A stretch of 42,812 bases of DNA from Candidatus Woesearchaeota archaeon (GCA_018303115.1 JAGVYT010000013.1:1-42812), one strand, 5' to 3'. Shown: positions 7,967 through 18,258, counted from the first letter of the stretch. Numbers and translations: made by a program. The notes: generated by a model not told the origin, from the sequence alone.

Positions 7967-10645
7967 TTATAGCTCATTTAATTCCGCCCTGTCCTTCTTT
8001 TTCTTTTTCCATTTGAAGCCTTTTACAGCCCCTAACAGGGAAACATGTGGTGAAGTTTTGCTCGCCTTGAACCTTTTCATCAGCAGCGAGTTTGTAAGCA
8101 CGCTCACAGAGCTGAAAGCCATTGCTATCCCCGCTATTATCGGGTTAAGGAGAAAGCCGGTGAATGGGAACAGTATGCCTGCTGCTATGGGAATCCCGGC
8201 AGAATTGTAGAAGAAAGCCCAGAAGAGGTTTTGCTTTACCTTCCTTAAGGTGTAGCGGCTTAGCTCTATTGCGGTTATGACGTCCCGCAGGTCATTCTTT
8301 ACCAAAACAATATCGCCAGTTTCTATCGCAACGTCAGTTCCTGAGCCGATGGCTATTCCGATGTCTGCCTGCGCAAGGGCAGGGGCATCGTTTATTCCGT
8401 CTCCGACCATTGCCACTTTCAGCCCTTTCTGCTGCAGCTTCTTTATCTCATTTTCCTTCTCCTCTGGAAGCACTTCTGCAAGCGCCTCGTCTATTCCGAG
8501 CTGCTTTGCAATGGCAGCTGCTGTTTTCCTGTTATCGCCTGTCATCATCATTACCTTTTTTCCCATTCTGTGCAGCTGCTCAACAGCTTCTTTGGAATAG
8601 TCGCTAACAGTGTCGGCTACAGCTATGATTCCGGAAGTCTTTTTCCCGGCTGCAACCAGCATTACGGTTTTTCCTTCGCTTTCAAGCTTTTGCAGAGAGC
8701 CCTCAACGTTCTTGGTTTCCACTCCGAACTGCTCCATAAGCTTCCTGTTCCCCACAAGCACCTTTTTACCATTTATGACTGCGCTAACGCCTTTTCCTGT
8801 AATGGAGTTAAAATTTGTAATGCGGGGCAGCTTTAGCTTTTCCTTTTCAGCCGCCTTTACAATAGCGGCGCTTAATGGGTGCTCTGACTTTTTCTCGACA
8901 GCCGCTGCCAGCTTTAGTATTTCATTCCTGCTGCCATTGAATGCTGCCACGTCAGTGACTTCGGGCATTCCCCTTGTAAGTGTCCCTGTCTTGTCGAATA
9001 CTACCGCATCTACTTTTCCTGTTTTTTGCAGCGCCTCTGCGGTCTTGAAAAGTATCCCGTTTTGCGCTCCAAGCCCTGAACCAACCATTATCGCGGTTGG
9101 GGTTGCCAGACCGAGGGCGCATGGACAGGCAATGATTAAAACTGCAATGAATATTGTTAAGGCAAAGACAAATCCGAATCCCATGAAGTACCACACTAAG
9201 AAAGAAACTATTGCGATGACAACCACTGCCGGAACAAAGTAGGAAGAGATTGCATCTGCAAGTTTCTGGATAGGGGCTTTGCTTCCCTGCGCCTCCTCAA
9301 CGAGTTTTATTATCTGGGCAAGAACAGTGTCTTTCCCTACTTTCGTTGCCTTGAACATGAAGCTTCCTGTCTTGTTTATTGTAGCGCCGATTACAGCGCT
9401 GCCTTTTGCTTTCTCTACAGGGATGCTCTCCCCGGTAACCATTGACTCGTCAACAGATGAGTGGCCTTCCGTTACAGTGCCGTCAACAGGTATTTTCTGG
9501 CCAGGCTTGGCTATGACAATGTCTCCAACAATGACTTCGTCAATACCCACTTCAACCTCCTTTCCTTTCCTTAAAACAACTGCCTTTTTTGCCTGCAATC
9601 CGAGAAGCTTCTTTATCGCTTCTGAAGTTCTGCCTTTTGCTATGGCTTCTAAATATCTGCCGAGCAGGATGAACGCTATGAGAAGTCCTGCAATTTCGTA
9701 ATAGAGGTTGCTGTGGCCGTAGCCTGTGCTGCCGCTCCACATAATGATTGAGAGAACGAGGCTGTAAAGGTATGCTGCTCCTGTTCCAACTGCTATGAGC
9801 GTGTCCATGTTTGCAGTTCTGGTGCGGATAACTGAGGAAATTCCTTTGGTGAAGAATTCGTAACCTGCAAGCATTATCGGGGTTGTGAGGAGGAACTGGA
9901 TTAAGGCGATGTTTTCCTCAACAAATACGGGTATTGGCATGCCGAATACTGAACCCATGGCAAAGTAGAGCAGCGGCAGGCCGAAAACTATTGCCGCAGT
10001 CAAACGGAGGCGGAGCGAGCGCAGCTCTTTTTCCCGTGCTTTTTTTTCAACATCAGCGTCCTCGGAATATTCCTCCGGCTCATAACCGGCATTCCTTATT
10101 GCTTGCATTATTTTTTCAATTGTTGTCTGTTTCGGGTCATAAATTACAATGGCTCTTTCGATGGCAAAGCTTGCCTCAACGTTCAGAACTCCAGCTTGCT
10201 TTTTCAGGCTTGACTCAATGATTCCTGCGCAGTGCTGCGAATTCATCCCCCTTACTTTGAGGGTTATTTCAGAACCTTTCCCGCTGCTCTTGATTATGTC
10301 ATAGCCTGCTTTCTTAACAGCCGCCTCAATTGCCTGCTCGCCGGTTTTTGCAGCATCGTATTCAACGGATGCCTTTTCAGAAGCGTAGTTGACATTGGCA
10401 TTCACTACTCCGGGAACTTTTTTCAGTTCCTTCTCTATTCTTACGGCGCATGAAGCGCAGTGCATCCCTTCTATGGGCAGTATTTTTTTGGTCGCGGTTT
10501 TAGTTTCCTTACCGAGAAATTTATCGTGGCAGCTTTTGCTGCAGAAATAATGCTTCTTTCCATTCTTTACAGCAGAAAACTTGGCTGTCTTATCATCAAC
10601 CTCCATTCCGCAGCTCGGGTCTTTTGATTTCATTTTCACTTTCAT
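7967..10645 (-). CDS. copA: Cu(I)-translocating P1B-1 ATPase with YHS/TRASH domain and two HMA domains
   Basis: DPSCGM..FCSKSC, GMHCASC, degenerate GMNSQHC, TGES, CPC, DKTGT, HP, GDGIND, YN and MAFSS. Confidence 0.97.
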   Translation of the reverse strand: MKVKMKSKDPSCGMEVDDKTAKFSAVKNGKKHYFCSKSCHDKFLGKETKTATKKILPIEGMHCASCAVRIEKELKKVPGVVNANVNYASEKASVEYDAAKTGEQAIEAAVKKAGYDIIKSSGKGSEITLKVRGMNSQHCAGIIESSLKKQAGVLNVEASFAIERAIVIYDPKQTTIEKIMQAIRNAGYEPEEYSEDADVEKKAREKELRSLRLRLTAAIVFGLPLLYFAMGSVFGMPIPVFVEENIALIQFLLTTPIMLAGYEFFTKGISSVIRTRTANMDTLIAVGTGAAYLYSLVLSIIMWSGSTGYGHSNLYYEIAGLLIAFILLGRYLEAIAKGRTSEAIKKLLGLQAKKAVVLRKGKEVEVGIDEVIVGDIVIAKPGQKIPVDGTVTEGHSSVDESMVTGESIPVEKAKGSAVIGATINKTGSFMFKATKVGKDTVLAQIIKLVEEAQGSKAPIQKLADAISSYFVPAVVVIAIVSFLVWYFMGFGFVFALTIFIAVLIIACPCALGLATPTAIMVGSGLGAQNGILFKTAEALQKTGKVDAVVFDKTGTLTRGMPEVTDVAAFNGSRNEILKLAAAVEKKSEHPLSAAIVKAAEKEKLKLPRITNFNSITGKGVSAVINGKKVLVGNRKLMEQFGVETKNVEGSLQKLESEGKTVMLVAAGKKTSGIIAVADTVSDYSKEAVEQLHRMGKKVMMMTGDNRKTAAAIAKQLGIDEALAEVLPEEKENEIKKLQQKGLKVAMVGDGINDAPALAQADIGIAIGSGTDVAIETGDIVLVKNDLRDVITAIELSRYTLRKVKQNLFWAFFYNSAGIPIAAGILFPFTGFLLNPIIAGIAMAFSSVSVLTNSLLMKRFKASKTSPHVSLLGAVKGFKWKKKKKDRAELNEL

Positions 10646-11533
10646 TTATACTCCGCAACTTCCCCCTCCCTCGGCTTTTGGCAGCAGTCCCTGCTGCCGT
10701 AAAGGCTCGTAAACATTAGCGCTCCAGCCGGAAGAGCTGGAGTATTTGCCGCCCATTATTTCTTCAGCATTGCTGAAATAATCCTTGCCGTTCAGGTTGT
10801 ATAAAGTTGCAGTTAACAGATACTGCTGCGGGAACCAGAGTGTGTTCGCCTGCAGTGCCAGGGTATAGAGTTCTTCCTCACTCATTCCCTGAGATGCTCC
10901 AAGCTCAAGAAGGGCAAGCATCGCTGCCCCGTGATTGCAGTCAGGGAAAGCGCTTGGGTTATTGCAGCACGGCCTGTAGCTGTTTTTTGATACTTTTTCC
11001 ACAAGTGATTGCTGCTGCGGGGTAAGCTTTATCAGCTCAAGCTTATTAAAGTAAGTCATTGCATCCTTCTTGCCAAGCGTCCAGCCGCCTGTTGCTGCAA
11101 GGTTTGCAACGCCCTGGTATTGTGCAGTCTCGTCAAGTATGGGGTTCTTGTTTGCAATGCCCAGCGGCCAAAGGATATTAAGGAGGAAATTTGCGTTTGC
11201 AGGGGTTAAAATAAGCTGCTCGCTGCTATGTTCTGTCAGCAGCTTGAGCTGCTCCACTGTAAGGCCGCCCCTTGCCCCGTAAAGCTGCCTGAATTTCTCA
11301 AAGTCTATTGCGCCGCTTTCAACGAGCTTCGGAATCACGTTTCCAAGCGCTATTTCAGTCTCAAAACCGTCCTCAGGGAAGATTCTGGATTTCAGTCCTG
11401 CAACGTCATCTGAAGCCTGCGCTTCCGAAGGGCTTTTTTCAAGATTTAAAAGAAAAGCTGCGGCAATAATAAAAAAAAGCGCTGCCGCATAATAGGGGCT
11501 TTTTTTAATTAGTGCAAAGGTAGAACGTTTCAT
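10646..11533 (-). CDS. membrane-anchored Cys-motif protein (CcmH-like helical domain)
   Basis: N-terminal TM; RPCCNNPSAFPDCNHG; C-terminal GGGSCGV; abuts copA. Confidence 0.8.
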   Translation of the reverse strand: MKRSTFALIKKSPYYAAALFFIIAAAFLLNLEKSPSEAQASDDVAGLKSRIFPEDGFETEIALGNVIPKLVESGAIDFEKFRQLYGARGGLTVEQLKLLTEHSSEQLILTPANANFLLNILWPLGIANKNPILDETAQYQGVANLAATGGWTLGKKDAMTYFNKLELIKLTPQQQSLVEKVSKNSYRPCCNNPSAFPDCNHGAAMLALLELGASQGMSEEELYTLALQANTLWFPQQYLLTATLYNLNGKDYFSNAEEIMGGKYSSSSGWSANVYEPLRQQGLLPKAEGGGSCGV

Positions 11534-11619
11534 TATTCAAGGCTCAATGCAGCTTCTTTTTAAGTTTTTTTATATGCTGCCAACTCCAAGGCTTGTCAGC
11601 AGCCCGAGCAGAATTTTGC

Positions 11620-11655
11620 CTACTTTCCTCCGTCATCTCCGCAGCATCCCATCAT
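11620..11655 (-). CDS. candidate micropeptide (M)MGCCGDDGGK
   Basis: Strong SD GGGGGTGA directly upstream, CC motif, co-oriented in the cop operon. Confidence 0.4.
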   Translation of the reverse strand: MMGCCGDDGGK

Positions 11656-11672
11656 TCTCACCCCCGCATACT

Positions 11673-12062
11673 TTATAGGGAATTGTCAATGATTTCCTTA
11701 ACATCTTTCTCAGCTTCAAATGATTCTTCTTTGCCGACTTCCGGAAAGAATTGCGACATAATAGCAGGTTTCATCCCTGCAATCTTTACTTTCCCTTTCT
11801 CCTCAATGACATTTATTTTGCATGGCATGCACAGGGATGTTAACCTGTTCTTGTTCAGGAAATGGTTTGCATGCCTGCCCGAACAAATTTCTATTATCTT
11901 CAACGGCTTTTGTTCAAATCCTTTTGCAGCCAGCCTTTCCTTAACGTCATAAATCTGGAATATAGACCAGCCTTTTTGTTCAGCTGCTTTCAAAACAGAC
12001 ACGACTGCGTTATCAAAACTTTTATCAGTTTCAACAATGTATGCAAAATCTTCTACTTTCAT
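11673..12062 (-). CDS. DUF302 domain protein
   Basis: ETDKSFD..GW..IIEICS..MPCKINV pattern; typical of copper gene neighbourhoods. Confidence 0.88.
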   Translation of the reverse strand: MKVEDFAYIVETDKSFDNAVVSVLKAAEQKGWSIFQIYDVKERLAAKGFEQKPLKIIEICSGRHANHFLNKNRLTSLCMPCKINVIEEKGKVKIAGMKPAIMSQFFPEVGKEESFEAEKDVKEIIDNSL

Positions 12063-12066
12063 GTTT

Positions 12067-12600
12067 TTACCTTTTCTTTTTAGACAAGCCCCTCCACATT
12101 TTTATTGCCCATAGGTAAACCAGTATTATCAACCCAACCAGCAGCATTACATAAAGGACATTTACAAAATTCCCGTATCCGTAACCGTATCCCCAGCTTC
12201 CCATCACGCCCTGCATCATGTTATTCATCCCCCCACTGCCTTTTATTGAGGAAGCGCCCATCATTCCGCCATTCCTTCCCATCATCATGTTCATCATTCC
12301 AGAGGACATTGCTGTTCTATCGCCGCAATAAAATGACTGTGCCATTCTCATGTGCATAAGCCTTAAAGTCTCAGAGCCTTCCCCCCCCATTAGCTCATCC
12401 ATTGCCTCATGCTCCTCTCCGGGGTGCATCTGCTCCATGTAATACTCGCCGATAAGTTCGAGCTGCTGCTCTGTAAGCTCGCTGCAGGGGGCCTTGCCTG
12501 CTATGATTTCCTCCGCTTTTTCAAAATCCCCATCAGAATGGGCTATTGCGGCAGCCGCCATCAGCAACAGCGCCAGTGCAACAGCCAATATTTTCATCAT
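12067..12600 (-). CDS. exported Met/His-rich membrane-anchored protein
   Basis: Signal peptide, MEQMHPGEEHEAMDELMGG, Met-Gly-rich tract, C-terminal TM. Confidence 0.8.
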   Translation of the reverse strand: MMKILAVALALLLMAAAAIAHSDGDFEKAEEIIAGKAPCSELTEQQLELIGEYYMEQMHPGEEHEAMDELMGGEGSETLRLMHMRMAQSFYCGDRTAMSSGMMNMMMGRNGGMMGASSIKGSGGMNNMMQGVMGSWGYGYGYGNFVNVLYVMLLVGLIILVYLWAIKMWRGLSKKKR

Positions 12601-12622
12601 GTTTCCTCATTACGTATCCGTT

Positions 12623-12636
12623 TATGATATATCGTA
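12623..12636. promoter_or_regulatory. candidate PadR operator in divergent promoter
   Basis: Near-palindrome TATGATATATCGTA next to TTTAAAT at ~12650. Confidence 0.45.
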
Positions 12637-12677
12637 TTATGCAAAACTATTTAAATGTTTCTGTATTTCCAGCCGTC

Positions 12678-13094
12678 ATGGAGGAAATAAAGGTCACTAA
12701 TCTTGTAAAGTTTTATACGCTGCTTCTTCTGAAAAGAAGGCCCATGCACGGCTACGAGCTGATTAAGGAGCTTGAAAGATGCATGACAAAAAACATAAGC
12801 GCCAGCCACGTCTACCCTTTCCTCAAGACGCTGCAAAAAAACATGCTGATAGCCCTTAAGGAATCGGGCAAGAGGAAAAAAAAGCAGTATAAACTGACTA
12901 AAGAAGGTGAAAAGCTTGCGCATAAGCTAATTAATAGGTTTACAGAGATGGTGGAGATAAGCATAAACCCAAGGATAAGGGCATGCGCTCACTGCGGCTG
13001 CAAGATAGCTTCAGGAGGCCATAGGGAAAGAATTAAAAACGTGCTGCTTACCTTCTGTTGCAGCAGGTGTGCAGCTTCGTATAGGAAAAAATGA
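12678..13094 (+). CDS. PadR-family regulator with C-terminal TRASH-like metal sensor
   Basis: PMHGYELIK..VYPFL..KKQYKLTKEG; CAHC...FCCSRC; ATG at 12678. Confidence 0.88.
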   Translation: MEEIKVTNLVKFYTLLLLKRRPMHGYELIKELERCMTKNISASHVYPFLKTLQKNMLIALKESGKRKKKQYKLTKEGEKLAHKLINRFTEMVEISINPRIRACAHCGCKIASGGHRERIKNVLLTFCCSRCAASYRKK

Positions 13095-13576
13095 AAAAGC
13101 AACAGCAGATAGGATACGGGCTAATAGGGCTTTCAATAGTGCTGCTTGTTGTTTTATCATTTGTAAAGGCAGATGTCGACAGACAGGGCGCTTTCCTGTG
13201 CGAAGCGGCAAGGGACAACCCGTCAGTTGACATGGGAGAATGCCCTGCGCACAAGAGCAGCACGTCCTGGTTTATAGTGGCTGCTTTCGGATTAGCTTTT
13301 CTTGTATTGGGTGCAGGCATCTACACGCTTTTTACTTCAAAAGAAATTGAAGCTAAAAAGGAATTTAAGGAAATAGATGAGTCAAAGCTCGGCGAGGAGG
13401 AAAAGAGGGTTTACGGGCTGCTTAAAAGCGGTAATGGCGCGAGCTACCAGACAGACCTTATAAAAGAGACCGGCTACAGCAAGGTCAAAATAACGCGAGT
13501 CCTTGACAAGATGGAGTCCAAGGATATTGTTGAGAGGAAAAGACGGGGCATGACAAACATAATAGTTCTTAAGTGA
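13091..13576 (+). CDS. membrane-anchored winged-helix regulator
   Basis: Two TM helices flanking a C..CPAH loop; C-terminal YQTDL..SKVKITRVLDKME..RKRRGMTN. Confidence 0.85.
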   Translation: MKKQQQIGYGLIGLSIVLLVVLSFVKADVDRQGAFLCEAARDNPSVDMGECPAHKSSTSWFIVAAFGLAFLVLGAGIYTLFTSKEIEAKKEFKEIDESKLGEEEKRVYGLLKSGNGASYQTDLIKETGYSKVKITRVLDKMESKDIVERKRRGMTNIIVLK

Positions 13577-13588
13577 AACTAGTTTCAC
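13573..13588. promoter_or_regulatory. perfect 16-bp palindrome, candidate operator
   Basis: GTGAAACTAGTTTCAC upstream of an AT-rich box and the GGAGGT SD of 13652. Confidence 0.55.
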
Positions 13589-13651
13589 CGTTACTTAATA
13601 AAGGGGTTTCAGGTTTTCTACCAGTAATTAAGCGTTTTGGAGGTAATAATT

Positions 13652-14281
13652 ATGAAAATTGAAAGACTAAGCATGTTGCTGCTGGTTGCGGCTTTGGCGG
13701 TTGTTTTGTTCAATTCCTTCCAGATAAGCCAGATGAAAGGAAGCAGCAGCATAACTGGTGCTGCGGTAATAAAAGTGAGTGAACAGGACGTTATACCGAA
13801 AGGGGTTCCAAAAATATACGGGAGCGAGCTGGGCGTAAGTTTTGATGACATTAGTTCTTTGAACCAGCAGCTTGCTGATGCCACTATAAACAAGCTTGGC
13901 GCCCTTGACCGCTCTATAGAGCTTCGGGGCGGGCAACTGCAGCGCTACATAGCAATTGCCTCAAAGATATCGTGCGAATACTGCTGTGGCGCCGCATCTA
14001 TAATATTCAGCAACGGGCAGGCAGCCTGCGGCTGCGCTCACAGCTATGCAATGAGGGGGGTTGCCAAATACCTTATTGAAAACCATGGTGATGAATACAG
14101 CGATGATGAAGTGCTTGAGGAGCTTGGGAAGTGGAAAACCCTGTTCTTTCCCTCCCAGTTGAGCCAGAAGGCAGAGGTGCTTTCCGAGAACGGGATTGAG
14201 CTGAATTACATCAATCTTGCCTCAAACAAATACCGCGGCATAGAACAGGGTGCAGGCGGCGGAATGGTTGGAGGTTGCTAA
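13652..14281 (+). CDS. exported CcmH-like Cys protein ending GMVGGC
   Basis: SD GGAGGT, N-terminal TM, CEYCC..CGCAH. Confidence 0.82.
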   Translation: MKIERLSMLLLVAALAVVLFNSFQISQMKGSSSITGAAVIKVSEQDVIPKGVPKIYGSELGVSFDDISSLNQQLADATINKLGALDRSIELRGGQLQRYIAIASKISCEYCCGAASIIFSNGQAACGCAHSYAMRGVAKYLIENHGDEYSDDEVLEELGKWKTLFFPSQLSQKAEVLSENGIELNYINLASNKYRGIEQGAGGGMVGGC

Positions 14282-14282
14282 A

Positions 14283-14558
14283 ATGGAGAAAGAATCAGGG
14301 ATAAAAATAAGCGGGAAGGGGCTGGCCAGCTACGCGATGCTGATAGTTGCGGTGTTGCTGCTTGTTGTTTCTGTTGTGCAGGCATACCAGATTGCAAGTA
14401 TCGGGAAAGCTGAAAACACTGACGCGAGCAGTGTGCTTGATACTGCTGGCTGGACAGAAGATGAGAAAATGAATTACGAAATGCACGGGATAATACCGGC
14501 GCGTGTTAAGAGCAGCTCGTCCAGCGCATCATCAGCAGGTATGGTCGGAGGCTGCTGA
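14283..14558 (+). CDS. small membrane-anchored protein ending GMVGGC
   Basis: ATG 1 nt after the previous stop; TM; EMHG; Ser linker. Confidence 0.8.
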   Translation: MEKESGIKISGKGLASYAMLIVAVLLLVVSVVQAYQIASIGKAENTDASSVLDTAGWTEDEKMNYEMHGIIPARVKSSSSSASSAGMVGGC

Positions 14559-14559
14559 T

Positions 14560-15036
14560 GTGAGGCTTTTACTTTTTTTGCTGATAACAACAATTGTAGC
14601 AGTGGCTGGCTGCGCTTCTAAAACAGCGACTGATGGGGGAGAGTTCGGAGAGATTGAATTCAAAAGCGCAGAAAACAAGGCCACAATCTTCAAATCTGCA
14701 AGTTGCGGCTGCTGCACAAATTATGTTGCTGGGCTTGAAAGAAAGGGCTTTGAAGTTGAGACAAGGAACATGAATGATTTGTCATCAATCAAGGCCAGGT
14801 ATGATATTCCCAGAACTATGGAAAGCTGCCACACAACAGTTGTAGGCGATTATTTCATAGAGGGGCATGTCCCTTTTGAGGCTGTCAGCAAGCTTCTTCA
14901 GGAAATGCCTGCTGTTGACGGAATAGCGCTGCCTGGCATGCCGGAAGGCTCTCCGGGAATGGTTGGCAAAAAGAGGGGTGCGTTTATAGTTTATTCGTTG
15001 TCAAACGGCAAGCATTCTGAGTTCATAAGAATTTAA
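14560..15036 (+). CDS. DUF411 (CopG-like) metal-binding lipoprotein
   Basis: VAGC lipobox, SCGCC, SCHT, EGHVP, PGMPEGSPGM; GTG start inferred. Confidence 0.9.
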   Translation: MRLLLFLLITTIVAVAGCASKTATDGGEFGEIEFKSAENKATIFKSASCGCCTNYVAGLERKGFEVETRNMNDLSSIKARYDIPRTMESCHTTVVGDYFIEGHVPFEAVSKLLQEMPAVDGIALPGMPEGSPGMVGKKRGAFIVYSLSNGKHSEFIRI

Positions 15037-15045
15037 GCGGGTCGA

Positions 15046-15582
15046 ATGAAAAAAACTGCTGTTATAATCGGGATTGTTTTAAGCTTGTTAACATCAATAG
15101 AAGGGGCTGTGGCTCATTGCCCTTTATGCACTGCCGGCATAGGCGCTGCAGCAGTTTCAGCAAGGTATTTCGGGCTTGATGCAAGCATCATAGGGGTGTT
15201 TGTCGGCGCTTTTGGGGTTTCGACAGGGCTTTGGATTGGAAGAAAAATAAAAAAGAAGTATATACGGTTTCAGCTGCCGCTCATAGTGTTGTCGTCTTTC
15301 GCATTAACGGTTCTGCCTTTGATGGGCCTGATAGACGAGCAGCTGGCCTTGCGCATGCTATGGGTTGGTTCGCCAGACACAGTTCTTAACAGGGTTTACT
15401 TTATTGACAAGATGTTGTTCGGCAGTGTTCTGGGGGCTGTAGTGTCGCTGGCTGCATTTTGGCTTCATCTTTATATTAAAAAAGCAAAAGGCAGGGTGGT
15501 TGTTCCTTTTCAGGGGGTTATCTTTACTCTTCTTTTGTTAGTTTTAACAGGAGCGGCTTTATTCTTTGCTGTAGGTGATTGA
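15046..15582 (+). CDS. membrane protein with HCPLC motif
   Basis: Signal-like N-terminus then AHCPLC and ~4 TM helices. Confidence 0.8.
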   Translation: MKKTAVIIGIVLSLLTSIEGAVAHCPLCTAGIGAAAVSARYFGLDASIIGVFVGAFGVSTGLWIGRKIKKKYIRFQLPLIVLSSFALTVLPLMGLIDEQLALRMLWVGSPDTVLNRVYFIDKMLFGSVLGAVVSLAAFWLHLYIKKAKGRVVVPFQGVIFTLLLLVLTGAALFFAVGD

Positions 15583-15583
15583 G

Positions 15584-16084
15584 ATGGAAAAAGACGTTGA
15601 AAAATGGCTGAAAAAGGTTGAGGAAGTGAAGAAAGGGAATGTTGATTTGTCAAGGGATGAGGACTTGAGCCTGGCTCTGATGAATCTGATAAGCCTGGAA
15701 GAGCACTTTTATTTTACAGCGATGAAAACGGATAACTCAAAATATCTGGAAATGCTTGATTCTGTGAGAGCCCTAAGAAAAAAATTGTTGAGAAAAATTG
15801 TTACCAACCCAAAGGGTGAGGAGTGGTGCATAAGCAAACATTTGCTGGCTGCAAGCATGCGATTAATGGAGGTTGGCACAAAGGAGCTTGCCAAAAAGAA
15901 TGAAAATGAAGCTAACGTCTTTTTTAAGGCAGCTTTTGACCTGCACTCGCTGTTTTTCGCAATCAACACCAACCTTGTTGAAGCAAGAAAATTGGAGATT
16001 GAAACGGATAAATCTTCTGAAAATAATTTGATGAGCAGCTTTTCACGAATAATGAAAAAGATAATAGACTGCTGCAAGGAGTGA
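15584..16084 (+). CDS. helical cytoplasmic protein ending DCCKE
   Basis: SD AGGTGA; LEEH, WCISKH and CC motifs. Confidence 0.8.
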   Translation: MEKDVEKWLKKVEEVKKGNVDLSRDEDLSLALMNLISLEEHFYFTAMKTDNSKYLEMLDSVRALRKKLLRKIVTNPKGEEWCISKHLLAASMRLMEVGTKELAKKNENEANVFFKAAFDLHSLFFAINTNLVEARKLEIETDKSSENNLMSSFSRIMKKIIDCCKE

Positions 16085-16093
16085 GGTTGATTT

Positions 16094-16663
16094 ATGGAGA
16101 ATAGAAAAAAGGGGGCTGTTGTTAAAGCCGTATTTATTGGTTTACTGGCAGGCATTGCGTTGCTTTCTGTTTATTTCGTAGTAGTTTCACTGGCAAACTC
16201 TGTTGAGCATGCTGTTCAGGAGTTTTTCCGCATATGGCAGTGGATAACCGCCCTGGTGGCTGGTTTTGGAATCCAGGTGGGGCTTTACGCTTATATCCGG
16301 GAAGCTATTAAAATCAGGAAGCTTGCTGGCGCAACGACTTCTATCACCGCTGCTGGAGGCGTATCAACCAGTTCGATGCTTGCCTGCTGCGCACACCACT
16401 TAACAGACGTGCTTCCGATAATTGGAATTTCTGCAGCCAGCATATTCCTGAATAAATACCAGGAATCTTTCTTGTTAACAGGTGTTCTGTCAAATTTAGC
16501 GGGCATTCTCATAATGCTTAGAATAATGCAGACAAACCGCCTCTACAATGAGCAGAAAGGGGCTTTAAGGGCAATATTCAAAGTTAATCTTAGGAAGGTT
16601 TTGTATTTTGCCATACCTGCAAGCTTAATACTGATAGCGATAAGTTTTATCAAGACTCTTTAA
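16094..16663 (+). CDS. membrane protein with intramembrane CCAHH motif
   Basis: ~5 TM helices; MLACCAHH; SD GAGGT. Confidence 0.82.
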   Translation: MENRKKGAVVKAVFIGLLAGIALLSVYFVVVSLANSVEHAVQEFFRIWQWITALVAGFGIQVGLYAYIREAIKIRKLAGATTSITAAGGVSTSSMLACCAHHLTDVLPIIGISAASIFLNKYQESFLLTGVLSNLAGILIMLRIMQTNRLYNEQKGALRAIFKVNLRKVLYFAIPASLILIAISFIKTL

Positions 16664-16673
16664 GGAAGCAAAA

Positions 16674-17096
16674 ATGAACGCAAAAATGTTGGTGTTATCA
16701 TTTATTGTTGTTATCGCTATTAGCGGCTGCAGCTCAATTCGGACAACTTCAGGCCAAAACGTGCAGATAAGCTCGTCAGAGTCTGCTATGGCATTTGAGG
16801 AAAAAACAAGCGAAGGCGAAGTAACGGTAAGTTTAATTCCTAAACATTATCAGGGAGTTCTTAAAGTGGATTACATCATAAACACCCATACCGCTGATTT
16901 GAGCAGAATAAACCTGCAGGAGCAGGTTTCTCTGAATACAAACGGCAAAAATATAAAACCCGTAAATTCGCCGTTGCTGAGCGGCCACCACGATTCTGGA
17001 ACGCTTGAATTTAATGTTGAAAAAATCAGCCTGCCTTTTGAAATAATTATGAAAAACATTCCTGATGTTAAGCTTAGGAAGATTATATGGGAATAA
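16674..17096 (+). CDS. His-motif lipoprotein
   Basis: ISGC lipobox; NTHT, SGHH. Confidence 0.78.
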   Translation: MNAKMLVLSFIVVIAISGCSSIRTTSGQNVQISSSESAMAFEEKTSEGEVTVSLIPKHYQGVLKVDYIINTHTADLSRINLQEQVSLNTNGKNIKPVNSPLLSGHHDSGTLEFNVEKISLPFEIIMKNIPDVKLRKIIWE

Positions 17097-17151
17097 TCAG
17101 TAATTAAAACATAAATTATTTAACAGGTAACTTTTGCCATAACAGGCATTA

Positions 17152-17757
17152 ATGGTTGCTTGCAAGGATTGCGGAAAGGAATTTGGGCAGCGCGAAAGCA
17201 TGGAGCAGCACTATGCTGCCAAGCATGATAAAGCCCCGTCTAACATTCCGCATTCTGCTCATAAAAAATCAAATAAAAAGCTTAGCTTCGCAGCAGTTGC
17301 CGTTGCAGCTGTTTTAATTATTGGCTATTTTGTATTTTTCAGTGACGGTGGTAGTGAGGCAAAGCCGTTAATTACAGGAAATTCAGACTACGAAATAAAC
17401 CTGGATGAAGTTCCGAAAAGGCCGATTCACTGGCACCCCAAGCTTACGATAATAATTAATGGGGAGCAGCGGCAGATACCAAGAAATCTCGGTGTTGGCA
17501 GTGTGGAGTATCCAGTGCATACGCATGAAGACGTTCCAATACTTCACTACGAAAGCAACAGGCCGACACCTGAAACAATGGTTTTAGGGTATTTTTTCCA
17601 TACAGTGTGGAGAAAGACGTTTGACAACAATTGCATCTTTGAATACTGCAACGGCCAGGATGGCAACCTTACAATGAGCGTGAATGGCGAGCCGAATCTT
17701 CAGTTTGACAAGTACATACCAAAGGATGGGGACGACATAGTAATCAGGTTTGAATAG
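17152..17757 (+). CDS. C2H2 zinc finger + TM + extracellular His-rich domain
   Basis: CKDC-x12-H-x4-H; TM; IHWH, VHTHE..LHYE; C..EYC. Confidence 0.82.
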   Translation: MVACKDCGKEFGQRESMEQHYAAKHDKAPSNIPHSAHKKSNKKLSFAAVAVAAVLIIGYFVFFSDGGSEAKPLITGNSDYEINLDEVPKRPIHWHPKLTIIINGEQRQIPRNLGVGSVEYPVHTHEDVPILHYESNRPTPETMVLGYFFHTVWRKTFDNNCIFEYCNGQDGNLTMSVNGEPNLQFDKYIPKDGDDIVIRFE

Positions 17758-18255
17758 TCAGGGCTTTTCCAGAAGGGTGTCCATAATGTTTTCTTTCAGC
17801 ATTACCCTGCGTATCTTCCCATGAGGAATAATTTCCACAAGATTCTTATTGCGCATGTTTCGCAGCAGCCTGAATGCCTTCACTCTGTTCATTCCTGGCA
17901 ATCGTGATATTTCTGCCTGCGTGATTAAGCCTTTTTTCTGCATGAGAAACTGGATTATGCCCTTTTCAGCAGGGCTCAGGAACAGGAACACAGTCTCAAG
18001 TATGCTTTTTGAGGTTTTTTTCTTTTTCATTATTTCATGGTAGGAGAGGCTTGACCACAGGAAGCCGTAAAGAACGGATATGAGTATGAGCGCAATAAGT
18101 ATTACCATGTGATACTGTATTGCAAAGTTTACTATCAGGTTTGGGTTTGATATGTTCTTGTTGGCATCTACAGTTGCCGCAACCCAGAACACTGAAAGCA
18201 GCAGTACCGAGAGAATAACAAATCCAGTCTTTGTGTAAAAGCGTATATTTCGCAT
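17758..18255 (-). CDS. membrane-anchored winged-helix regulator (paralog of 13091)
   Basis: Two TM helices then ITQAEISR..NRVKAFRLL..HGKIRRV. Confidence 0.82.
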   Translation of the reverse strand: MRNIRFYTKTGFVILSVLLLSVFWVAATVDANKNISNPNLIVNFAIQYHMVILIALILISVLYGFLWSSLSYHEIMKKKKTSKSILETVFLFLSPAEKGIIQFLMQKKGLITQAEISRLPGMNRVKAFRLLRNMRNKNLVEIIPHGKIRRVMLKENIMDTLLEKP

Positions 18256-18258
18256 TTT

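Noticed and set aside
8013-10453. Many plus-strand ORFs inside copA, and similar antisense ORFs throughout
   Set aside because: Shadow frames of well-supported genes, without motifs or ribosome binding sites
14550-14562. Selenocysteine read-through at GGC-TGA
   Set aside because: The matching tail of 13652 ends in TAA, the next gene starts immediately, and no SECIS was recognised
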